Below are positions 9,801 to 19,960 of a DNA stretch of 26,526 bases, one piece after another; position 1 is the first letter of the stretch, and every line of letters starts with the position of its first letter. Position numbers and translations under genes: made by a program. The stretch spans positions 1-26,526 of the forward strand of contig JBHGNT010000425.1 of the NCBI GenBank assembly GCA_043228905.1, in the 5' to 3' direction. The stretch comes from Azolla caroliniana (Eukaryota; Plantae; Polypodiophyta). The notes under the pieces were generated by a model that saw nothing but the letters and a program-made list of their open reading frames with translations, did not search any database and was not told where the DNA came from.

Positions 9801-12212
9801 TCACTTTTGGAGACAATGATTGTCACTTTGCTCTTTAAACACATGGTCATAGTATAAATAAATAAAAATATATGTAGGTATTTTACAAACCTAAGGCAAT
9901 GTAAATTGGTCTTCTATGTTTAAACCCATTGTAAAGCCCACCCACCAATTGCATATAACTATTTTTTTCCTTTTTATTGGTAAAGTGGCATAAATTTTTA
10001 CAAGTGCTAGTTTTATTATTGATGGCATCCAAAGATGTGAGGCATTGTATATCATAGAAGGTGATCTAGTGCGTCTTTGGACTTGGATAATAGTACGGGA
10101 AAAATTTGATTCACTCAAAGAACAGTAAATTGATAAATAACATGAAGAACATGGGTGGGATTGATTAAAAACTTTAAATTAACATATATTGTAGAGACTA
10201 TAATGGTTCTACATATGGGTAAATAAAACTAGATCAGATTGCAAATAATCACGTCTTTTTTTTTATAACCTCAACATAAGTATTTACAAAGGACAGAGAT
10301 TTCCTACTATGTGCTAGTTTTTCAATAGGGAACACTTAATGACAACTTGACTATTGAGTCATATAAAAAACCTAATAGAGGTGTCAACTTTCTATATCAC
10401 AAGGAAACTCCTATATTTAACAAGTTGTGCAAACCATCCTAGATTCGTTAGAAAGTATGACCAATAGCCACTTAACAAGCCATTAAAATAATGAAGCTTG
10501 TATTAGATTGAAAAGAGGAAATGGTTCTTTGATAGCATTTTAGTACGTTCCCTTATACGATGGCAAACCATAGTTTGGGGTTGTATATGGTTTGATTGAC
10601 AAGGCATTGAACTCAAAGTTGACAAAAGACCAAAACCATTCTTTCACACAAGCATCTACATATGTTTGGTTTTATTGTGGCATACCATGGGTGAATATAA
10701 TCAAAAGATGGTGCTTACTTCACCAAAGAGAGAAATTCGCACACATCTTACTAATTTTGTTACCATGAAAATCTCAAGACAAAGTTGGTGGCACAAACCA
10801 TTTGCAAAGGAAATAAAAATAAGCAAACTCTACTTCTTTGATAAAGAACAATTATTTATACATATGCAAAACTATACACCTTGTTATGTTTCACTACAAT
10901 GGTAGTGCATCACAATTCCTATAGAATTCAGGGGTAATTCCAAATGCTGCAAAACACAACTATTTTTGTCATGATATCTCGTCATTGTGTTATTGTGAGT
11001 TGTATGCCACATGCATATCACCAAATAGACAAAGTTGCATATCTCCAAATAGGTACAGTTGCATGAGGATGGTTGCATAGTCTAATAGAACTATGGTCGA
11101 CAAAATGCCCAGAGCATTTACAAATAGATATATACACATTCACCACCCACTAATATTGCATTCCCTTCTTTCTACTCACTTTCCTCTACATCAAAGAAAT
11201 TATCTGTCAACACTATATGCTGTGCCACCCAATGTATACATTTGATGTTCATCATGTAAAAATATGTAACTAACAGTAGCAGCCTATTGGGCATCAAAAC
11301 AAGGGTCGATATCTACCCTAACTAAGAACTCCTATAATACGACATCACAACAAGGTCAAGCCTCTAAACCTCAATCGTAAGGTACAAGGACATTGGAAGG
11401 TCATCAAATAAACTCCATTTTGCAAATTGTATCCACTATATCATTAGAAGAAAAAATGGTAATGAATGACATGACCTAGACCAGTCAAAATTTGTTCACA
11501 TGTTTAATTAATTTGCTTTCATTATTCAAAATCAATAACGAGCCACCACATGATCTTCCATAGTGACATGTAGACTTAATACAGGTATGGTATACAACTT
11601 CAAGGTAGAATTCATCTGTGAAGTTCTCTATGCACAACTTTCACTAAGTATATATGTAGAACACGAGTTCATTCAAAAGGACACACTCTTATGTAGAAAA
11701 AGGATTATTCTTTCTTTCTAATAAAGAATGTCCTAATACATCAGAGAGTAGACACGAACAATGTTTCTGTGTTATTTGAATGTCTTCATATTTGGGCAAA
11801 GTTTCAGGCAACCCCCAAATCAATGCGTCATCTCTCTTTTATATGTTACACTCAATATGAACAGAATTTACTAACAAGTAGTGTTCAACACAAATGCTGG
11901 AAATAGAGCACTAGTCATTGTTTCTTTCTTATTCCTACATATTTCAACTAATCCAAAAAAATGATTCATTAAGAAATTTTATTGCCTGCCACCTATTGCA
12001 AGCAATAAACCCAGTATTTGGCATCTCAATTTCAATGAAATCGCAACGACCCAGAAGCTCTCCATCATTCCTCTTCCATTCCTTTCATTCAACATTGCAT
12101 AAACCACTTCTTCTCTTCCAAACAAAGCCCAATGGAAATTTATCCTTGATGACTCCGAACATAAAAATCACTTACCGATTCAATTTTGTCGATGAATACG
12201 AATATGAACCAC

Positions 12213-12530
12213 TTACCGATCTGATTCATCGTTTGCATACGAAACACGAGACAAGCTCCTTTGAAGAGGTTGTTGACTGGCTTTTGCAAGGCCGTGTAGC
12301 ATATAGATAACATCCCCTATGTCTTCGAGATAATACTTAGCTTTACTTGGCTTTCTCCCCACAGTGCACGCAAAGACTTCTGCCGATGGAGCCACAACGG
12401 CATCTGCTATGCTCTCAAACATGTCTTCATCTGATTTGTCATCACCTATGCACAAAACAAAATCCGGCGGTGTGCCTCGGCTTGCCATCGATGCAAGAAG
12501 CCTCTTTGTTACCATACCTTTGCTTACACC
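12213..12530 (-). CDS. TPS: TPS coding exon 3 (318 bp including TAA)
   Basis: Acceptor tttaacAG|GGT GTA AGC AAA GGT (GVSKG), then GDDKSDEDMF and FACTVGRKPSKAKYYL. Stop at 12215-12213. Confidence 0.9.
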   Translation of the reverse strand, partial: GVSKGMVTKRLLASMASRGTPPDFVLCIGDDKSDEDMFESIADAVVAPSAEVFACTVGRKPSKAKYYLEDIGDVIYMLHGLAKASQQPLQRSLSRVSYANDESDR

Positions 12531-15431
12531 CTGTTAAATGTCTTGTTTTAGGGAAATTTTTCAAATTTGCATTTCATTTTTCAGGTATCTAATGAAAGGG
12601 TTTTTTGGAAATATCATCTTATACACCCTTTATCCAAAATTGAAGGAATTACCCATATTTAAAATAGAAGTTAAATAAAGTGATTAAGAAAAAAATGCCC
12701 AAAATAAATAACTCAAAAACAATCAATGGAAATTTTGTAATTTTTGGCACGTAAAACCAAGTAGAAATTTAAAAGACTAACAAAAATGGATTCATACCTG
12801 GGGTTTCACTTCCACGATATTTTTACCACGCGTCACCACCACTGGCTCATTCCCAAGGACACTCTCGAGATGATCTAGCAACTCTTTTGCTTGCCAGGCA
12901 CCAAAGTCAGGATCAGCATCTCGATGATGCCATACAATTGCACTCTCTTTTGCTTCGATGAATGAGCCATCAGTACTCTCTGTATATAGTTGCATTATCG
13001 GACCAGCCACTTGTTTCCACTCAAACTCTGATTCTGGTACACAAGTCTCCCAATCTTCATCCCGGTTCCATCTAGAGAAGGTCAAATTCTCAGCATTTAT
13101 GTCATAGCAATATCATTATGACCACACCAATGCATACAATAATGACAAGGATGGATTTGGCAACCTAGGATTTAAGGATTGGCCTTTGTGGTACGAGCAC
13201 CAACATAGCTAATCCTTAAATATAACCAATAGAAAAGCTGCAGCTACTCTATTTCTAGCACGAAGCATGTCATACTTCATATATTTCCCAGTGATCTTAC
13301 AAATCCCTTGAAAGAACAAACTACCCGACTAGATATTTTCTCAAAACGCACAATATTTATGAAAAACCATAACAACATAAAAGCCACGATCGTTTACCAT
13401 AACATTAGATTTGCTTGAATGAATGGCATACCTCATATAATAACCATGCTCTGTTGCAATGCCAAGGTTCTTGCAGGGAGAAAACCAACCAGAAAGATCT
13501 TCACGACTGCGTCCACTTACAATGAATACCACATTTTTCAGATCATTGCATAAGGCATTCAAGACTGATATTATTTCTCCGCCTGGAGTTTTATTTATCG
13601 ATGTTTGAGATACCATTGTACCATCATAATCGAGTAAGATGGCATGGTTTTTGGTCCTTTTGTAGGCTGATATGATGTGTTCGGGTGATAGCTTTTTAAA
13701 ATTGGGGTCAAGCGCTATGACCCGAAAATTCAGCCCAAAACCTATGCCCCAACACCGCCTCTTTAAATGATCTTTACATGCCCTTTCCAAGTCTTGCATA
13801 AAGCTCCGTGCCCAATAGGCAACATCATGAGTGCTCACATACTTGAAATGCTTTTCATGCCTCAATTGCTTTTCCGATTCAGGCATTGTGATGGCCATGT
13901 TTAATGCATCAGCAACAGCCACTACATTCCAAGGGTTTACTCTGATAGCTCCGCTTAAAGAAGGAGAACACCCAATAAACTCTGACAAGACAAGCAAGCT
14001 TTTTTTGGGTGGATCTTCAATAGAAGCAAAGTGTGAATCCAGTCTCTCACACCCCTGCCTACTAACTATATATTCATATGGTATCAAATTCATACCATCG
14101 CGGACAGCTGTCACGACGCAACACTCTGCAACCGTATAATATGCAAGTCTTTCATAGAAAGGAACTGGCCTTTCAAGAAGCACAATGGGCACATACCCTT
14201 CTGCAGTTCCAAACTCATGGTTTATCCTCTCCACCACACCATATACTTCAGCTGTCACTTCTTCCACATCCTTTCCTTTGCCTCGGGCTGGATTTACGAT
14301 TTGCACCATTACTACCTTTCCTCGTAGATCAGGATGCTCCTTCAATAGGTTATCCAATGCGAGAAGCTTCAATCCAATGCCTTTGAAGATATCCATGTCA
14401 TCAAGCCCAAGCAACACAATCTTCCCTTTGAATTCTTCATTAAGCTCAGCAATCTTATCTTCTGTTTCTTGAAGGTTCAATCCTGCCTGAAGTTGACCCA
14501 TATGAACACCAACAGGCATTATCTTGATAGTCACATCGCGGCCATAGTACTCTAACCCTATATACCCCCTCTTTGATTCATATTCAAGGCCAAGCATCCT
14601 GCTACAGCATGATAGGAAATGGCGGGCATAATCAAACGTATGAAATCCTATCACATCGGCATTCAAGAGACCTCGTAGAAGTTCATCTCGCACCGGAAGT
14701 GTCCGATAAATTTCCGATGAAGGAAAAGGGCTATGGAGGAAGAAACCCAACTTCACTCTATTACATTTCTTCCGAAGCAAAGTTGGCAAAAGCATGAGGT
14801 GATAGTCATGAACCCAAACAAAGTCATCATCAGGGACAATGACCTCCATGACTTTTGCAGCAAAAGTCTTGTTAACTGACACATAAGCTTGCCAAAGAAG
14901 TCGATCAAATCGATTACCATGGTCGGGTGCAAGGGGAAGCATGTAATGAAAAAGGGGCCAGAGCATTTGCTTACAAAAACCATGGTAAAACCGGCTTCGA
15001 ATCTCATCAGAGATGAATACTGGAAAACAATTAAACATCTCATGAAGATTTGCTGCTACATCTTCTTGCTCCGATGGCTCGATCTCACATTTAAGGAAAC
15101 CAATATATATGACTTCCATATCATCAGGGAGACCATCTTTGAGTTGCCAAAGCAATGAATCTTCATCCCAACTGAATGACCAGGATTTACCATCGGCTCG
15201 CTTCTTGCCATTCAAAGGTAAAGTGTTAGCCACTATAATGCATCTCTCTTGAGAAACTGAAGACGTGGCATCCGAGTAGACACTACTTGTGTAGTCATCG
15301 TCTCGAAGCAGATCAGATAAGATACCAGGCACTGTGCACGATCGGGGTAGCTTCTTTGCTCCTCTTGAGAAATTAGGGGGGTTATAATCCCCTGTTAAAT
15401 CTAACAGATTTGTATATGATCTTGAAACCAT
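12213..15431 (-). CDS. TPS: Class II trehalose-6-phosphate synthase (GT20 TPS domain plus HAD TPP domain), spliced CDS of 3 exons, 863 aa
   Basis: The protein has the MVSRSYTNLL start, FYHGFCKQMLWPLFHY, WVHDYHLM, GFFLHSPFPSSE, RDGMNLIPYEY, SEFIGCSPSLSGA, LLDYDGT, VEVKPQGVSKG and CIGDDKSDEDMF. GT-AG introns give 2000+274+318 = 2592 nt in frame. The two-intron layout in the TPP domain is typical of class II. Confidence 0.97.
12551..12654. mobile_element. Possible small MITE remnant in TPS intron 2
   Basis: Imperfect inverted ends gggaaatttttcaaattt / aaaattgaaggaattaccc and an inner aaagggt / acccttt pair. There is no clean TSD. Confidence 0.35.
12798..13071 (-). CDS. TPS: TPS coding exon 2 (274 bp)
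   Basis: Acceptor cttctctAG|A TGG completes the Arg codon. The exon ends at CAG|GTATGA and encodes WNRDEDWE...VEVKPQ. Confidence 0.95.
13432..15431 (-). CDS. TPS: TPS coding exon 1 (2000 bp)
   Basis: ATG at 15431 in AAAGCCATGG context. The exon ends at ATG AG|GTATGC (phase-2 donor at 13431). Confidence 0.95.
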
Positions 15432-15443
15432 GGCTTTTTCCCC

Positions 15444-15577
15444 CTTCAGAAAAGAAAGAATACCTCTCAAATCACAAAACTAAGTTATTTTACGCCAATT
15501 TTCACAACCCAAGATGCCTTTTTGCCCAGAGAAAAGAATCCATTCAACAAAACATATACTAAAAAGGTATGACTGAC
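15444..15577 (-). other. Probable 5'UTR intron of TPS
   Basis: Donor CAG|GTCAGT at 15577. A pyrimidine tract ttctttcttttctgaAG ends at 15444, 12 nt before the ATG. Confidence 0.55.
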
Positions 15578-15986
15578 CTGTTGGGCGATCAGATAAAGCC
15601 TACAATGTTGACGATGATGAAGATAGTTCCAGAAGGAAGACAATTTAGGCTTTCAAACAGATCGTGAAACAAAGAAACTCCGTCCAAATGATGAAAGAGA
15701 CGGTGAAGAAAACAGAGCCAAATGAGTTAGGGTAAAAGGCGCTTATCAAAAACAAAAGATGAATTGAAGGGTGTGTGTGTGCAAACAATATGAACGAAAG
15801 GCAGAAGGGGGAAAAAAACAGAGAAGAATAGAATCAAAGTGGAAGAAGAGGAAGTGGAAGAGGAAGATTTAGATTTTGGAATATAAAAGTGTGTTGTATA
15901 GATAGGGTGTGAGTTTAAAGCATGGTGTAGAGAGAGAGACAGAGAGAGAGATGGCTTTACAAGCATATCATTGTCACCATCATCAT

Positions 15987-16044
15987 CATACATACATACA
16001 TACATACATTAACATACATGCATGCATACATACATACATACATA
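15987..16044. repeat. (CATA)n microsatellite upstream of TPS, next to (CAT)n and (GA)n tracts
   Basis: Imperfect CATA tetranucleotide run. Confidence 0.85.
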
Positions 16045-17290
16045 TAAATGTGTATACATATATAGCTCTAGTCAATCAATCCATTAGGCTTCTTTATTCC
16101 ATACTAATAGTTAGCTACTCCAATCTGTGTGCAACTCATTCACGAATCACGATCATACCTTTACTTCTTCATTCGCCATCATCTTCCTGAAAGCGTATAA
16201 GCTCTGGGTCGAGACTCAATCCATGTTCATGTCCCACATTGTTATTGATCGCAAGAAATGATATGGGTTACATTGGGGACAACTCCTTGTCTAGCACGTA
16301 GACTTTGTTGTATAAACACATACCTCTAAATGCATAAGCAATGGGAGTGCATCAACCATAATCCAATGCATGGTTGCCAACTAAGTAGTTGTAAATTTCC
16401 TGCTTAAACCATTTGCAAGTATACACCATGTAAATAGTTGTTACTTCTTTCCATTGGGTGAAACCTTAAATCACACTACTAAGAGTAGTTAGCAGAGTGA
16501 TGTATTGCAATCATGCATCGACAATGGGAATGTAGCTTGGTGGTAATGTGTGTGAGTGTGAAACTAAACACAATTCTAATGAGAGATGCCTCCAAATTTA
16601 ACACCGCATTATTTTTAATTGAGTATTTTAATGTGAATCCCACTTCAGCTTCAGCTCTATTCTTGAGTCTAAAAATGAATTGAAAGCTTGCATCAACCAT
16701 GAGATATTGACTCGGTAATAAAGTGAGAGCATGAATTCATGGGTGTGAATTTGAAATCGAGTGTATCTTGGTAATGCATCTTAGTAAAACGCCATTTTTC
16801 TTTTCATGCATCACATCTCTTCCTTAACAACTCCATGAAGCACACCTTAGGTGTCCTAATTGCTAGGGGTAATCCAATTCTAAATGGACACAATGAAGAT
16901 GGCATCCAGGAAAAGCTTTAAAGACTTGATCAAGGTGTTGGTGCTAGCATGCATGTTTATGTGCCTCAAGTTGTCTTTCTAGCTTCAAGATCAACAATAA
17001 CTTGTTCATTTATGACATTGATGGCTATCAAGTACCAAGCGGATGATCAAGTTGGTGCAATAAAGTAGTCAAAATCAACAATCAAGGTTGTAATCTTGAG
17101 AAGTTAGAAGCAATGATCAAAGAAAAAAGTCAAAATTCCATTCCCAAAATTATACTGATTTTTTGTCACATCTTCCTTGAAGTATGCCCATCTAGAAGAA
17201 CGAGGTTAATGCCTTGGAAACAAGATCCAAACCCCTTGTTTGATAGCTTTCTGTTGATATAGACATTTGTGGGTATGCTTTGTCACGCTT

Positions 17291-17322
<32 letters not shown>

Positions 17323-17394
17323 TAAGAAACCACAACATTCCACAATGGAATCTAGTGAATTGAGAGATATATAAGAAGTAGAGAGGTGAAGAAG

Positions 17395-17452
17395 TTGGGT
17401 TTTGAACCCACAACGCAATGCTTGTAGTGCTAACAACTTACCACTAGGGTAA
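17395..17452 (-). other. tRNA-like A-box/B-box segment, possible SINE head
   Basis: Minus-strand TACCCTAGTGGTAAG, then GTGGGTTCAAAACCCA with a paired T-stem, at 32-nt box spacing. It is followed on the minus strand by a (CT)n tract. Confidence 0.45.
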
Positions 17453-17480
17453 GATAATTACAATAAGGGAGAGAGAGAGA

Positions 17481-17607
17481 GTAGATTTATGTCATCTAGT
17501 ATTACAACACTTGAGAGGGTTTACCTTGCCATATGGCTACTAATGAAGTAGTGGAGATAGCAATGGTTGTATTGTCATATTGTTTTAATAACAAACACAC
17601 ATTTACG
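17481..17607 (+). repeat. Dispersed repeat, copy 2 (matches 6704-6813), embedded in GA tracts
   Basis: Same core as copy 1 plus a short internal insertion, with GA-rich sequence on both sides. Confidence 0.85.
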
Positions 17608-17899
17608 AAGAGATAGAGAGAGAGGTGGAAACAATCAGGTCTTAATTGAGATACTTTTATCAACTTGTTGAAGACCATGAGTTCTTGAGTTCAATACACC
17701 AATGGCATGTAGTTTATGAAAGTAATGGTTTAAAAAAAGGAGAAAGGGGAGCATGAACTTTGAGAGAGATTGTGAGACAATGTATTATCATCAAATGCAA
17801 AGGATGTCGACAAAGTGGTTCATGTATTTGTCTATTCCTTTATATGCTTAATTAGCGAGCATATGATGTGAGTACCTTAGAGGCATGGTTGGTGCATAA

Positions 17900-18470
17900 G
17901 GTAATTGATGGTGAGGAAGTATTGTGAAATGGTTACCGGTGCTTCATTGTGAGGTGGTCTTGATCCTCAATCTCCTTATTGGGGCAAAGTCTACACATGT
18001 GATGTGGGCTTCTCCATGCTTCATTATCAATGGCAATATCACGGTACAATTGATTGTATGTCTTTCTTTGAATGGCACCAAGATGATGATATACGGCCAG
18101 GTGTGCCCCCTCATTCTTAATGGTATCCCAACATGTGGATTTTTGCGAGTGCAATAATATTCTAATTTGTATATTTTGGCATCCTTGTGCCATTTAACTA
18201 TGAATGTATTTATTGACCCTGATGGTATGTCTATTGATGAGGATATAATTAATTGGTAGCTCGAGTGGTGTGTCAAGATTCCATCTCTTAAAGCATTTGC
18301 TTGCATCTTGGGCCCAACTAGAAGAAATAATTACGGTTTCTTCTTTTTCACTTTTTTAAATGTTGTTCCATCTAGAAGGCATGAATTTCCTATCCAAAGC
18401 TCCACCCCCATATAACATGACTTTGATTACTAATGCGTTGAAGCGTTTGAAAGTTTATCTATCATATTGA
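17900..18470 (-). mobile_element. Decayed non-L1 LINE (RTE/L2-like) C-terminal region
   Basis: Minus-strand pieces read FNALVIKVMLYG/VELW..SRWNNI, KWH..KLEYYC..NPH and IAID..AWRSP..CRLCPNKEIEDQDHL. These match the post-RT LYG.E.W motif and the terminal CxxC..E...H motif. The region is heavily frameshifted. Confidence 0.55.
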
Positions 18471-18474
18471 GGTT

Positions 18475-18475
<1 letters not shown>

Positions 18476-18523
<48 letters not shown>
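18476..18523. repeat. (AG)n microsatellite
   Basis: Perfect AG run of about 48 bp. Confidence 0.95.
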
Positions 18524-18525
<2 letters not shown>

Positions 18526-19479
18526 TTTACCATAAGATCGTTACTAATATGGTAGGAACAAGAAGTATTTTTTGCATTTCAAGTGAAAGTACATTGTGTT
18601 TGTTAACTTGGAGTAGAGGGGATTTTGTATTGTGTGGTGTTTTGGGTGCATAACTTCAATTCTCAATCGACACTCGTTAATGTTCATTGATTGAATGAGG
18701 ACGTTTCATAAACTCTCAAAAAGTGTCCTTGTGTATGCATGCGGTCACACCAAGTTCTATCTCATAGAGATATAATAATGAGGTACAATGAGTACCTTTA
18801 TAGTCAATTTCTAATAAAACATCGCACAATATTAGATTCTATAATAAATCTTAGGGAAGTCGGCCTTTAGAATAGTGAGAGAGGTATGCATTTTAGATAT
18901 GAAAACTTCTCAAGATAGAATGATAGAATTATGAAATTAAATATATTGAAGTGAAGCCACATGGAAAAATGAATATATAAGTTAGGAATTGACTTTGATC
19001 AAGTATATCAATACGGGTCACTCATCTCATCGATTACTCATTGATGTACCTTGGTGAGAAAGAAGACATCATACTAAATAATATTTAGGTTTTTAACAAG
19101 TATATAAGTTGAGATATTCGGATCGTGCCCAAGTCGTTTCTCTTCTTACATGAAAACAATAAGAATAATGAGAAATAAACATTGAGGGTGATGTAAGTGC
19201 CATAAAAGAAGCAAAATTGTCAATTTAGAAACTAGTTAGAAATAGTGTGTTATATGCTTAATCATAATATATAAACATTCCCCATTTAGACATAGATTAA
19301 AATGATGATGTAGGAGGTTAAGATTGGGCACTTTATAACCTCAAGTTTGTGGGGTTCTAGTCTAAACCCCTAAGAAATTGGCTTAACAAATTCTCATTCC
19401 TCTACCTAGAGTTGAAAATAATGACTATTGATTTATAATAACAAAATGCATTATTCACATACTTCATTCCATGAAAAAA

Positions 19480-19960
19480 GGATGGATAAGACAATAATGT
19501 GACAAATATAAGGACATTTAAATTGATCGACAATGGAATGAAATCAGCTATGAAGATAAGAAATGACATATTGACCCCCGACCACTTTTTGATAGTACAT
19601 CCACTAGAACTTGTGATGGGTTAGGCACCTTATGAAAAAGGGAGGCAATAAAATTTATTCAAGCCTAGTATGTCTAATAAATGGCCATTCCCATTATTTT
19701 TAATACATGGATTTCACATGTCATGTTCATCCATGTCCACACCATTTTGACCGCTATATCCCAATGTCTCACTCAAGAGGGTTACGCCCATTATGATACA
19801 TGTCAATGAGGCTTTCACACCCCATCAAAATGATTTAAGATTTACATTTATTCTAAATATTAGGATCCACATCCCATCGTATGTAAATCTTTTAATAGCA
19901 TAACTATTGGAATCTGTTTGGAAAACATGTTAATGAATTAGGAATGGATATGATCCACTA
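19480..19960 (-). mobile_element. Possible very decayed LINE apurinic-endonuclease remnant
   Basis: Minus-strand pieces occur in the expected order across frames: TCFP..SNSYAI, CIIMG, NNGNGHLLDIL, GRGS, LSHYCLI. Catalytic residues are not intact, so the call is weak. Confidence 0.3.

Noticed and set aside
10500-10830. Trp-rich, nearly open plus-strand frame resembling a LINE 3' end
   Set aside because: No diagnostic Cys/His or W..RN motif could be confirmed.
11918-12310. 130-aa plus-strand ORF antisense to the TPS 3' end
   Set aside because: It has a non-ATG start, low-information composition and no recognisable domain.
13831-15158. Several plus-strand and alternate-frame ORFs overlapping TPS exon 1
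   Set aside because: They are shadow frames of a long coding exon with no recognisable motifs.
13341-15470. 709-aa ORF as the complete TPS protein
   Set aside because: It starts at a TTG inside the probable 5'UTR intron and runs past the donor at 13431 into intron 1. The real start is ATG 15431 and the protein continues in two more exons.
15727-16005. 92-aa minus-strand ORF as a conserved-peptide uORF of TPS
   Set aside because: It is built from microsatellite and pyrimidine-tract sequence and probably starts upstream of the transcript. No ATG was seen on the minus strand between ~15900 and the leader intron.
6704-17607. Direct repeats as LTRs of an element that captured TPS
   Set aside because: There are no TG..CA termini, PBS, PPT or TSD, and TPS retains its introns.
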